A stretch of DNA of 19,748 nucleotides from a virus. Taxonomy: Duplodnaviria > Heunggongvirae > Uroviricota > Caudoviricetes. The position numbers and the translations under genes were made by a program. The notes under the pieces are model-generated. The model saw only the letters and a program-made list of their open reading frames with translations, was not told the DNA's origin and did not search any database. The DNA lies in IMG/VR virus record IMGVR_UViG_2740892036_000003, one strand, 5' to 3'. Of the stretch, positions 1-11,099 are shown piece by piece; position 1 is the stretch's first letter; each line of letters starts with the position of its first letter.

Positions 1-275
1 GTGGAGCTGCATGACAAGGTCATCGGGCATTATCTGAACATAAAACACTATCAGTAAGTTGGAGTCACTACCCGCATTGCAAAATACTAGCTGCCCTGTC
101 GAGCTTAAAGTATTCCATAGGTGGGATTTTAATACTGCTGTGGGCTTCTTTTTTGGTCATCGCGTCACCTTTCACGCTGTGCCTTAAAGAGTGATTGAGC
201 CAGGCGGTAAGGCTTCCCGCTTTTCGCCCCGTCGGGCTAGGCTCAATCTGTCCTCTGATTCTTTACATATCTTGG

Positions 276-1535
276 TTACTTCGCCTTTCTCAGCGGTGTA
301 ACGTTGTACTCTTCGCCGCGCTCCAGTGCCACCAGCAATCCCGCCCACTGTGTTAACGCGGCCCGGCGTTCATCAAAGTATTGGTGGCGGTTATAGATAC
401 CCTCCACGCCTTTAATTTTGTGGTTAAGGCATCTTTCTGCGACTACAGGATCAACGCCCAGCGCGGCTAAATGGGTGCGGGCCGTGCGCCGGAAGTCGTG
501 AATAGTGAAATTCGGCACGTCCGGCATTTCAGCGCGAACCTTCGCCAGCGCAACGGGCAGGGTGCTTTCCTGAATATGGGGGATCATGCGGTTTTGCATC
601 TTTCTGGCTGGCAGTACCCATGCGCTGTTGCATGAGAACGTTTTAAGCTCTCTCAGCCATTCGACTGCTGGCGGTGCTAATGGAATGTCTATAGCGTCGC
701 CGTTTTTGCTGCGTTCCTCTGGCAAGCGCCATACGGCTTTATCAAGATCGAACTCCTCCCAGCGGGCGGCGCATAACTCCATTTTGCGGACGCATAACGC
801 TAACAGTAATTTGAACGTGATTTCATTCTGGCGACTGAAACCCTTAGCCGTGCGCATGGCTTTGAATAGCTGGATTAACTCATCGCGTGTTAGCCAGCGG
901 TCGCGGCTAACCTCCTTCCCTCCAGCGTCTGCCACCTCAAAGGCTGAACAGGGGTTAATCTCCAGCGCGTGCCGTTTGATTCCGTAGTCGAATATGCGGC
1001 GCGTCCATCTCAGCACGTCCGTTGCTATGGTCGGCGCTCCACGGTCAACAATACCTTTCAGCATGTCGTCGATATGGCGCGGCTTCACGTCCTCTACCTT
1101 CATGCTGCCAATGCAGGGGTTTATATCTTTGTCGATACGGCGGCGGAGTATATCGGGGTGCTTCCAGCGGGGCAGTATCTGACGTTCAAAGTATTCAGCG
1201 GCAAGCTCTGAAACGCGCATGGCGTTTTTTTCTGCTTCCATCTTCGCCAGTGCTTCGGATTTCCGCTCCTGCTTCTCCCCGGCAACGTCATAACCCAGCG
1301 CAACACGCGCCGAAAGCTCCTTTGCTGTCTCTCTGGCCTTTGATAGTGATAGCTCGCTATACGAACCAATTAGCATTGCGCGGGACTTCCCTGCGAGTTT
1401 ATAGCGGAATCTCCATGTGGGGGTTTTGTCGGCTTCACGGTAACGCAGGTATAAGCCGTTCCCGTCCGCCCGTCCCTCGAATCGCTCTCCGGCCTTTATC
1501 CACGCGCGGATCTGCATGTCTGTGAGTTTTGGCAT
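276..1535 (-). CDS. Phage-type tyrosine recombinase / integrase (P4 / CP4-57-like family), about 419 aa
   Basis: Track ORF 276..1598 (-). The upstream 21 codons are probably not translated; an N-terminus MPKLTDMQIRAW (ATG at 1535) is typical of this family. C-terminal catalytic signature HDFRRTARTHL ... LNHKIKGVEGIYNRHQY (His/Arg box and tyrosine nucleophile) is present. Stop TAA at 278..276. Confidence 0.88.
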   Translation of the reverse strand: MPKLTDMQIRAWIKAGERFEGRADGNGLYLRYREADKTPTWRFRYKLAGKSRAMLIGSYSELSLSKARETAKELSARVALGYDVAGEKQERKSEALAKMEAEKNAMRVSELAAEYFERQILPRWKHPDILRRRIDKDINPCIGSMKVEDVKPRHIDDMLKGIVDRGAPTIATDVLRWTRRIFDYGIKRHALEINPCSAFEVADAGGKEVSRDRWLTRDELIQLFKAMRTAKGFSRQNEITFKLLLALCVRKMELCAARWEEFDLDKAVWRLPEERSKNGDAIDIPLAPPAVEWLRELKTFSCNSAWVLPARKMQNRMIPHIQESTLPVALAKVRAEMPDVPNFTIHDFRRTARTHLAALGVDPVVAERCLNHKIKGVEGIYNRHQYFDERRAALTQWAGLLVALERGEEYNVTPLRKAK

Positions 1536-1573
1536 TTTGCGAATATCCAAACTATTCCAAACTTTTAATAGGG

Positions 1574-1627
1574 GGTGTACCCAAATTGATGTACACAAAC
1601 CTCATTGGGTACACCTTTGTGTACACG
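1574..1627. promoter_or_regulatory. Array of four GTAC-centred sites (GGTGTACCC, GATGTACAC, GGGTACACC, GTGTACAC) 40-90 bp upstream of the integrase start; candidate operator or integrase/excisionase arm-type sites
   Basis: Read directly: site A 1574-1582, site B 1588-1596, site C 1607-1615 (exact reverse complement of A), site D 1619-1626 (perfect 8-bp palindrome). Function is inferred from position only. Confidence 0.4.
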
Positions 1628-1671
1628 GCAATCATGCGCTTTGTTGCGTCTTTATGATAGCCGATGATAAC

Positions 1672-1698
1672 AAAAAAGCCCGCTGGATTGCGGGCTTT
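1672..1698 (-). terminator. Rho-independent terminator downstream of yicC
   Basis: On the minus strand: stem GCCCGC (1695-1690), 6-nt loop, stem GCGGGC (1683-1678), followed by a T6 run (1677-1672). About 40 nt past the yicC stop. Confidence 0.6.
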
Positions 1699-1735
1699 AC
1701 TGGTTTCGTGCGTCTTTGTGATAGCTCTTAAATAT

Positions 1736-2599
1736 TTACTCGATATTCTGAATCTGCTCGCGCATCTGCTCAATCAACACTTTCAGCTCAATCGCGGAGT
1801 TTGTCACTTCGGCATTGATAGACTTCGACGCAAGAGTGTTCGACTCGCGGTTGAATTCCTGCATCATAAAGTCCAGACGACGACCAACGGCTTCTTTTTT
1901 CTTCAGAATGTTGTAGGTCTCTTTGACATGCGCTTCCAGGCGGTCCAGTTCTTCGGCAACGTCAATTCGTTGTGCCAGCAGAACCAGCTCCTGCTCCAGA
2001 CGGTTGTTTTCCAACTGAACCTGAGCATCTTCCAGCTTCGCGACCAGACGCTCACGCTGCCATTGCAGGATTTCCGGCATATGGGCGCGGACTTTGACCA
2101 CTTCGGCGGTGACGCCTTCCAGACGCTGCTCGATCAATGCTTTCAGTGCCTGACCTTCGGTTTCGCGCGCGACAATAAAGTCGTCCAGCGTACCATCCAG
2201 CGCCGCGAGAATTTCAGCGGCAATGGCGTCAAGATCCTGCTCCTGGGCTGCCATCACGCCCGGCCAGCGTAGAATATCAACCGGGTTGATTTCCCCTTCG
2301 TCACTCTGCATTTTTACCCAGTTCGCGGCAGTTACCAGCTGTTTAGCCAGTTTTTCGTTGAGGATCAGCTCACCTTGCGCGCTAACATCTGGCTCATAGC
2401 GCAGGGTACATTCCACTTTACCGCGCGTCAGGCGAGAACGAATACGCTCGCGAACGACAGGTTCAAGGCTACGGAACTGCTCCGGCAGACGAAAGTAAGT
2501 TTCCAGATAACGCTGGTTTACCGAGCGCATTTCCCAGGTTGCGCTCCCCCATTCACCCTTGATTTCACGCCGGGCGTAGGCGGTCATACTGCGGATCAT
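1736..2599 (-). CDS. yicC: YicC-family protein (UPF0701; stress-induced, reported endoribonuclease), 287 aa
   Basis: Track ORF 1736..2599 (-), MIRSMTAYARREIKGEWGSATWEMRSVNQRYL...; length and sequence recognised as E. coli YicC; synteny with rph-pyrE. Confidence 0.9.
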   Translation of the reverse strand: MIRSMTAYARREIKGEWGSATWEMRSVNQRYLETYFRLPEQFRSLEPVVRERIRSRLTRGKVECTLRYEPDVSAQGELILNEKLAKQLVTAANWVKMQSDEGEINPVDILRWPGVMAAQEQDLDAIAAEILAALDGTLDDFIVARETEGQALKALIEQRLEGVTAEVVKVRAHMPEILQWQRERLVAKLEDAQVQLENNRLEQELVLLAQRIDVAEELDRLEAHVKETYNILKKKEAVGRRLDFMMQEFNRESNTLASKSINAEVTNSAIELKVLIEQMREQIQNIE

Positions 2600-2683
2600 A
2601 GACGTTCCTGTTTATAAAAGGAGAGGTGGAAGGATTATAGCCATCGATGCCTTGTCAGGATAGGAATAACCGCCGGAAGTCCG

Positions 2684-2689
2684 TATAAT
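2684..2689 (+). promoter_or_regulatory. Candidate sigma70 -10 hexamer TATAAT upstream of rph
   Basis: Perfect TATAAT at 2684-2689, 37 bp upstream of the rph ATG; no convincing -35 at 17 bp spacing (TAGGAA at best). Confidence 0.3.
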
Positions 2690-2725
2690 GCGCAGCCACA
2701 TTTGTTTCAAGCCGGAGATTTCAAT

Positions 2726-3442
2726 ATGCGTCCAGCAGGCCGTAGCAATAATCAGGTGCGTCCCGTTACCCTGACTCGTAACTATACAAAACATGCAGAA
2801 GGCTCGGTGCTGGTCGAATTTGGCGATACCAAAGTGTTGTGTACCGCCTCTATTGAAGAAGGCGTGCCGCGCTTCCTGAAAGGTCAGGGCCAGGGCTGGA
2901 TCACCGCAGAGTACGGCATGCTGCCACGTTCTACCCACACCCGTAACGCTCGTGAAGCGGCGAAAGGTAAGCAGGGTGGACGCACAATGGAAATCCAGCG
3001 TCTGATCGCCCGTGCTCTTCGCGCGGCAGTAGATTTGAAAGCGCTGGGTGAGTTCACCATTACGCTGGACTGCGACGTGCTTCAGGCTGATGGTGGCACG
3101 CGTACCGCGTCGATTACGGGTGCCTGCGTGGCGCTGGCAGATGCGCTACAGAAGCTGGTGGAAAACGGCAAGCTGAAAACCAATCCGATGAAAGGGATGG
3201 TAGCCGCAGTTTCTGTCGGAATTGTGAACGGCGAAGCGGTTTGCGATCTGGAATACGTTGAAGACTCTGCCGCAGAGACCGACATGAACGTAGTGATGAC
3301 CGAAGACGGGCGCATCATTGAAGTGCAGGGGACGGCAGAAGGCGAGCCGTTCACCCATGAAGAGCTACTCACCTTGTTGGCTCTGGCCCGAGGGGGAATC
3401 GAATCCATTGTAGCGACGCAGAAGGCGGCGCTGGCAAACTGA
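2726..3442 (+). CDS. rph: Ribonuclease PH, full-length 238 aa
   Basis: Track ORF 2702..3442. Real start is ATG at 2726 ([16 protein letters not shown]...) with GGAGA RBS at 2714-2718. Ends ...ATQKAALAN, with no truncation. Confidence 0.93.
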   Translation: MRPAGRSNNQVRPVTLTRNYTKHAEGSVLVEFGDTKVLCTASIEEGVPRFLKGQGQGWITAEYGMLPRSTHTRNAREAAKGKQGGRTMEIQRLIARALRAAVDLKALGEFTITLDCDVLQADGGTRTASITGACVALADALQKLVENGKLKTNPMKGMVAAVSVGIVNGEAVCDLEYVEDSAAETDMNVVMTEDGRIIEVQGTAEGEPFTHEELLTLLALARGGIESIVATQKAALAN

Positions 3443-3447
3443 TTTTT

Positions 3448-3475
3448 AAGGCGACTGATGAGTCGCCTTTTTTTT
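3448..3475 (+). terminator. rph-pyrE intergenic attenuator / intrinsic terminator hairpin
   Basis: Stem GGCGACT (3450-3456), loop GATG, stem AGTCGCC (3461-3467), then a T8 run (3468-3475). It sits between the rph stop (3442) and the pyrE start (3508), the position of the classic pyrE attenuator. Confidence 0.75.
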
Positions 3476-3507
3476 GTCTGTAGAAAAGTAAGATGAGGAG
3501 CGAAGGC

Positions 3508-4149
3508 ATGAAACCATATCAGCGCCAGTTTATTGAATTTGCGCTTGGCAAGCAGGTGTTAAAGTTTGGCGAGTTTACGTTGAAGTCCGGGCGCAAAAGC
3601 CCCTATTTCTTCAACGCCGGGCTGTTTAATACCGGGCGCGATCTGGCACTGTTAGGCCGTTTTTACGCTGAAGCGTTGGTGGATTCCGGCCTTGAGTTCG
3701 ATCTGCTGTTTGGCCCTGCTTACAAAGGGATCCCGATTGCGACCACTACCGCCGTGGCGCTGGCGGAGCATCATGACCTTGACCTGCCGTACTGCTTTAA
3801 CCGCAAAGAGGCAAAAGACCACGGTGAAGGCGGCAATCTGGTTGGTAGCGCGTTACAAGGACGCGTAATGCTGGTAGATGATGTGATCACCGCCGGAACG
3901 GCGATTCGCGAATCGATGGAGATTATTCAGGCTAATGGCGCGACGCTTGCTGGCGTATTGATTTCGCTTGATCGTCAGGAACGGGGGCGCGGCGAGATTT
4001 CGGCGATTCAGGAAGTTGAGCGTGATTACAACTGCAAAGTGATCTCTATCATCACCCTGAAAGATCTGATTGCCTATCTGGAAGAGAAGCCGGAAATGGC
4101 GGAACATCTGGCGGCGGTTAAGGCCTATCGCGAAGAGTTTGGCGTTTAA
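3508..4149 (+). CDS. pyrE: Orotate phosphoribosyltransferase, 213 aa
   Basis: Track ORF 3493..4149. Start at ATG 3508 ([29 protein letters not shown]...) with GAGGAG RBS at 3495-3500. Confidence 0.93.
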
Positions 4150-4156
4150 AGAAACT

Positions 4157-4180
4157 CGCCGGATGAAAAGTCATCCGGCG
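4157..4180. terminator. Perfect 10-bp stem hairpin between convergent pyrE and slmA (REP-like; probable bidirectional terminator)
   Basis: CGCCGGATGA (4157-4166), loop AAAG, TCATCCGGCG (4171-4180). Confidence 0.5.
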
Positions 4181-4185
4181 TCATA

Positions 4186-4782
4186 TTACTGCAACTGCGC
4201 GGCAATTAGCGGCCAGCGGGCGTCAAAATCATCCGTCGGGCGGTATTTAAATTCGCTGCGGACAAAACGTGACAGCATACCTTCACAGAAGGCCAGGATC
4301 TGGCTTGCCAGCAGGGTTTCATCGGTGGTGTAACCTTCACCCTCACGCATTCTCTTTTCACGCAATACCTGACGCAGCTGCGCTTCAATACGCTCGAACA
4401 GCTGGTTGATACGCCCTTGCAGGCGATCCTGTTCAAACATTAGCGCATGACCAGTGAGGATGCGGGTCAGGCCAGGATTACGCTCACCAAAACCGAGAAG
4501 CAGCAACACAATCAGACGCAGGCGCGCTGTGGTGTCTTTCTCATCTTTCAGAATCAGGTTGATGCGAGTAATCAGGCTATCTTCGATAAACTCAATCAGG
4601 CTATCGAACATGCGGGTCTTACTGGGGAAGTGGCGATACAGTGCCGCTTCGGAAACGCCGACAGAGGCGGCCAGTTTTGCCGTCGTGATACGTTGGCTTC
4701 CATCGCTGGATTCCAGCATCAGCGCCAGAGACTGAAGTATTTCCTCGCGACGGTTCCTTTTCGCAGTTTGTTTTTCTGCCAT
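4186..4782 (-). CDS. slmA: Nucleoid occlusion factor SlmA (TetR family), 198 aa
   Basis: Track ORF 4186..4824 (-). Real start is ATG at 4782 ([24 protein letters not shown]...). TetR-like HTH; synteny with dut. Confidence 0.9.
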
Positions 4783-4888
4783 GTTACAAAATACCCCTGA
4801 AAATAAGCACTTGCCAGGCGGCACCCACGCTATGACCGCAAACGAAATGTTTGCGGCTATGTTATGACGTTATTCGGATGCGTATGTG

Positions 4889-5347
4889 TTACTGACGACC
4901 AGAGTGACCAAAGCCGCCTTCACCGCGGTCGGTGGCGTCGAAATCTTCCACCAGATTAAATTCAGCCTGTACTACCGGAACAAAAATCATCTGGGCGATG
5001 CGTTCGCCAGGTTGAATGGTGAAGCTGTCCTGACCACGGTTCCACACGGAAATCATCAACTGGCCCTGATAGTCAGAATCGATCAATCCTACCAGGTTAC
5101 CAAGCACGATACCGTGCTTATGTCCCAATCCGGAGCGCGGCAGCATCATTGCCGCCAGTGAAGGATCGGCAATATGAATCGCCAGCCCGGTCGGAACCAG
5201 CGTAGTGTCACCCGGAGCCAGTTCTACGGCGTCGTCGAGACAGGCACGCAGGTCAAGTCCGGCAGAGCCAGAGGTGGCATAAGTCGGGAGCGGAAATTCC
5301 TTCCCAACGCGCGGGTCCAGAATCTTAACGTCGATTTTTTTCATCAT
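4889..5347 (-). CDS. dut: dUTP diphosphatase (dUTPase), 152 aa
   Basis: Track ORF 4889..5347 (-), [35 protein letters not shown]... Confidence 0.92.
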
Positions 5348-6545
5348 AACGGGTCACGATCTCGTCGAGTAATAATTGGCCAAGGAGCTCTTTGCGCTCA
5401 AGCGGTAAGACTTTATCTCCGTCCTGCCAGAAAAGGTGTAATGCGTTGTTGTCGCTGTTAAATCCTTGAGTTGGCTGGGAAACATCGTTCGCGCAGATCA
5501 GATCAAGGTTTTTACGGATACGTTTTTGCCGGGCGTATTCTTCCACATTATTTGTTTCGGCGGCAAATCCAACGACGTAGGGTCGATGGTCTTTTAGTGC
5601 GGCAACGCCTGCGACGATATCGGGGTTTTTAACCATTTTTATTGTTAATTCATCACCCTGCGTGGCCTGCTTTTTGATTTTCTCTGGGGCCACGGTAGCT
5701 GCGCGATAATCCGCCACGGCGGCGCAGCCGATAAAAATATTTTGCTGCTGTACAGAAGCATTCACGGCGGCTTCCATTTCCAGCGCGGTCATCACATCAA
5801 CACGTTTAACAAACGGTGGCGTCGGTAGTGAAACCGGACCTGATACCAGCGTGACGTTCGCGCCACGACGGGCAGCGGCGGCGGCGATAGCAAAACCCAT
5901 CTTGCCGGAGCTGTGATTAGAGATATAACGCACGGGATCGAGCGGTTCACGCGTCGGGCCGGCGGTAATCATAATGTTCAGATGTTTCAGGTCGTTGACG
6001 GGCGAAAAATGCGCTACCGCCATATCCACAATGGTTAACGGATCGAGCATTCGCCCAGGACCGATATCACCACAAGCCTGACTGCCACTGTCTGGCCCCC
6101 AGATGAGCAAACCACGGGAAGCAAGCACCTCTAAATTATGCTGCGTGGCAGCGGCACGGTACATCTGCTGGTTCATGGCGGGGAGCACGGCTACAGGCGC
6201 AGGTGTAGCCAGACAAATCGTCGATACCAGGTCATTCGCCATTCCGGCAGCAACACGGGCAATCAAATCTGCCGTGGCAGGGGCGAGAATCACTAAATCA
6301 GCCCATTTACCCAGCTCAATATGGCCCATAGCGGCTTCGGCTGCCGGGTCCAGCAGACTGTCGGAAACGGGATAACCAGAAACCGCCTGCAAGCTAAGTG
6401 GGGTGATAAAGGCTTTTGCCGCTTCGGTCATGGCTACGCGGACGTCGGCCCCGCGATCGCGCAAACGACGCACCAGTTCAGGGGTTTTATAGGCAGCAAT
6501 ACCGCCGCTAACGCCGAGAACGATTTTTTTACCGGCCAGGCTCAT
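5325..6545 (-). CDS. coaBC: Bifunctional phosphopantothenoylcysteine decarboxylase / phosphopantothenate-cysteine ligase, 406 aa
   Basis: Track ORF 5325..6617 (-). Real start is ATG at 6545 ([20 protein letters not shown]...). 3' end overlaps the dut start by 23 nt. Confidence 0.9.
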
Positions 6546-6716
6546 GATGATTTTTCCTGTTGGGTGACACCAGAAGTTGGCGATTTTATCACAATACTTT
6601 TGTTGTCGTGCCTTCACCTGAGAATCACTTTGCGAGGCGCTTTCCAGGATTGAAAACTGGCCGTCGATTTAACGGAACGGCTATGACAGGATGCGAGCAC
6701 CACAAAGGAGGTGAAG

Positions 6717-7385
6717 GTGAAAAACAATTCACAGCTGTTGATGCCGCGCGAAAAAATGCTGAAGTTTGGTATTAGCGCCTTAACGGATGTCGAGCTGCTG
6801 GCGCTATTTCTGCGTACCGGAACGCGCGGTAAAGATGTATTAACCCTGGCAAAAGAGATGCTGGAGAATTTCGGCTCTCTTTATGGCTTGTTAACCTCTG
6901 AATATGAACAATTTAGTGGCGTTCATGGAATTGGCGTGGCGAAATTTGCCCAGTTAAAGGGGATTGCTGAACTGGCGCGGCGTTACTACAACGTGCGGAT
7001 GCGTGAAGAAAGCCCTTTACTCAGCCCGGAGATGACGCGGGAATTTTTACAAAGCCAGCTCACGGGTGAGGAGCGGGAGATCTTTATGGTGATCTTTCTC
7101 GACTCACAACACCGGGTTATAACGCATAGCCGACTTTTTTCCGGCACGCTAAACCATGTTGAAGTCCATCCTCGGGAAATTATCCGCGAAGCGATAAAAA
7201 TAAACGCCTCGGCGCTGATCCTTGCACATAATCACCCTTCGGGTTGTGCTGAACCCAGTAAAGCGGATAAACTCATTACTGAACGGATAATAAAGAGTTG
7301 TCAGTTCATGGATTTACGCGTGCTCGACCATATCGTGATTGGGCGTGGAGAGTATGTTTCTTTTGCCGAACGCGGCTGGATTTAA
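6717..7385 (+). CDS. yicR: RadC-like JAB-domain protein (UPF0758, YicR), about 222 aa
   Basis: Track ORF 6711..7385. 6711 and 6717 are both GTG; 6717 has better spacing from the AAAGGAGG RBS (6704-6711). Contains the HNHPSG JAB/MPN motif. Confidence 0.82.
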   Translation: MKNNSQLLMPREKMLKFGISALTDVELLALFLRTGTRGKDVLTLAKEMLENFGSLYGLLTSEYEQFSGVHGIGVAKFAQLKGIAELARRYYNVRMREESPLLSPEMTREFLQSQLTGEEREIFMVIFLDSQHRVITHSRLFSGTLNHVEVHPREIIREAIKINASALILAHNHPSGCAEPSKADKLITERIIKSCQFMDLRVLDHIVIGRGEYVSFAERGWI

Positions 7386-7427
7386 CCCGCTATGCGCGAT
7401 CCTTCGGGATCTTTGTCTGTTCGGGAC

Positions 7428-7456
7428 TTGAGCACATCGCTGAGTCAGCGTATACT
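7428..7456 (+). promoter_or_regulatory. Candidate sigma70 promoter for rpmB-rpmG (TTGAGC, 17-bp spacer, TATACT)
   Basis: -35 TTGAGC at 7428-7433, -10 TATACT at 7451-7456. Leaves a leader of about 145 nt before the rpmB ATG, so the assignment is tentative. Confidence 0.3.
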
Positions 7457-7580
7457 ACGCCACCTTTGAGAATCTCGGGTTTGGCATTTGGGCCTGGCAA
7501 TCGAGAGTTCACATAGAACTGCGATGACCGGGCTGTAAAGCCTGACGAGGCGCCAATACCCCATACGAAGCTCGAGCTAA

Positions 7581-7838
<258 letters not shown>

Positions 7839-7855
7839 GTACTTAGAGGAAATAA

Positions 7856-8026
<171 letters not shown>

Positions 8027-8044
8027 TTCTCGCTTTGATGTAAC

Positions 8045-8072
8045 AAAAAACCTCGCTCCGGCGGGGTTTTTT
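8045..8072 (+). terminator. Intrinsic terminator after rpmG
   Basis: A6 run (8045-8050), stem CCTCGC (8051-8056), loop TCCG, stem GCGGGG (8061-8066; one G-U wobble in RNA), T6 run (8067-8072). Confidence 0.65.
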
Positions 8073-8123
8073 GTTATCTGCTTGCCCCCATATTGATTGC
8101 ATCTGTTCATTCCTGGAGATGCT

Positions 8124-8933
8124 ATGCCTGAATTACCCGAAGTTGAAACCAGCCGTCGCGGCATAGAACCGCATCTCGTTGGTGCAACCATTCTTCATGC
8201 AGTGGTGCGCAACGGACGCTTGCGCTGGCCGGTTTCAGAAGAGATCTACCGTTTAAGCGACCAACCAGTGCTTAGCGTGCAGCGGCGGGCTAAATATTTG
8301 CTGCTGGAGCTGCCTGAGGGCTGGATTATCATTCATTTGGGGATGTCTGGCAGCCTGCGCATCCTTCCAGAAGAACTTCCCCCTGAAAAGCATGACCATG
8401 TGGATTTGGTGATGAGCAACGGTAAAGTGCTGCGCTACACCGATCCGCGCCGCTTTGGTGCCTGGCTGTGGACCAAAGAGCTGGAAGGGCATAATGTGCT
8501 GGCCCATCTTGGACCGGAGCCGCTCAGCGACGATTTCAATGGTGAGTATCTGCATCAGAAGTGCGCGAAGAAAAAAACGGCGATTAAACCGTGGCTGATG
8601 GATAACAAGCTGGTGGTAGGGGTAGGGAATATCTATGCCAGCGAATCACTGTTTGCGGCGGGGATCCATCCGGATCGGCTGGCGTCATCACTGTCGCTGG
8701 CAGAGTGTGAATTGTTAGCTCGGGTGATTAAAGCGGTGTTGCTGCGTTCGATTGAGCAGGGTGGTACAACGCTGAAAGATTTTCTGCAAAGTGATGGTAA
8801 ACCGGGCTATTTCGCGCAGGAATTGCAGGTTTACGGGCGAAAAGGCGAGCCGTGTCGGGTGTGCGGTACGCCGATTGTGGCGACTAAACATGCGCAGCGG
8901 GCAACGTTTTATTGTCGGCAGTGCCAGAAGTAA
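8124..8933 (+). CDS. mutM: Formamidopyrimidine-DNA glycosylase (Fpg), 269 aa
   Basis: Track ORF 8097..8933. Real start is ATG at 8124 ([20 protein letters not shown]...), with the N-terminal PELPEVE catalytic motif and a C-terminal zinc finger (CRVCGTPIV...CRQCQ). Confidence 0.92.
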
Positions 8934-8942
8934 TTCATGCGC

Positions 8943-8964
8943 GCCGGATGGCATACCATCCGGC
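8943..8964. terminator. Perfect 9-bp stem hairpin between convergent mutM and coaD (REP-like; possible bidirectional terminator)
   Basis: GCCGGATGG (8943-8951), loop CATA, CCATCCGGC (8956-8964). No flanking T-run. Confidence 0.4.
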
Positions 8965-8971
8965 ATAAACG

Positions 8972-10736
<1,765 letters not shown>

Positions 10737-11087
10737 AGTAAATAGCTGACTTATGGATGTGCTGGGGATTCTATGTATTTAGCTGTGGCTTTACCATTAC
10801 TTTTCCCGTTTTTGACTTAAATAGCAATTTACCCGCCAATTCTTGCTGAACATCTATACTTTTTTTGTATTTTTATGCGATTCATTGATTTCTGCTGTAC
10901 GTGCAGGAAGGAATCGCAGAGCAACAGTGAAAGAATATGGTTGCTAATGATTTTATTTGATTGATTTCTTTATTGAAAATCAACAATGTGCTTAAAAATC
11001 ATTCGGGTCGGATTGCCGCGAAAGAAGTGATACACTAGCGCGTCAATATCAGTGCGGTATCAGTATTCAGGTAGCTGTTGAGCCTGG

Positions 11088-11099
11088 GGCGGTAGCGTG
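11088..11099 (+). promoter_or_regulatory. ops element (GGCGGTAGCGTG) in the waaQ operon leader, within a JUMPStart-like region; RfaH recruitment site
   Basis: Exact 12-mer GGCGGTAGCGTG at 11088-11099, about 50 nt upstream of the waaQ start. Confidence 0.85.

Noticed and set aside
1022-1525. 167-aa ORF on the plus strand (also 586..987, 969..1211, 994..1182, 1121..1369) inside the integrase gene
   Set aside because: Antisense to or embedded in a well-supported integrase CDS; Arg/Ser/Cys-rich low-complexity translations typical of the wrong frame in GC-rich coding DNA; no RBS.
276-1598. Extended integrase start at 1598 (MCTSIWVHPLLKVWNSLDIRK...)
   Set aside because: The extra 21 codons run into the GTGTACAC repeat array and lack an RBS; family N-termini match the start at 1535.
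1536-1735. A tRNA or tmRNA gene as the integration target next to the integrase
   Set aside because: No tRNA-like sequence is visible (no GGTTCGAATCC-type T-arm, no CCA-proximal acceptor structure) here or in 1..275; the region contains only the repeat array and the yicC terminator.
1664-2272. 202-aa plus-strand ORF overlapping yicC
   Set aside because: Entirely antisense to yicC, which has a clear, recognisable product; the translation is Leu/Phe/Gln-rich frame noise.
2612-2938. 108-aa minus-strand ORF overlapping the rph 5' region
   Set aside because: Antisense to rph and crosses the yicC-rph divergent promoter region; no support.
6103-6653. Plus-strand ORFs (90 aa and 110 aa) within coaBC
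   Set aside because: Antisense to coaBC; Ala/Ser/Arg-rich frame artefacts.
7298-7516. 72-aa ORF spanning the radC 3' end and the rpmB upstream region
   Set aside because: Overlaps the radC stop and the probable rpmBG promoter; no RBS; more likely regulatory DNA.
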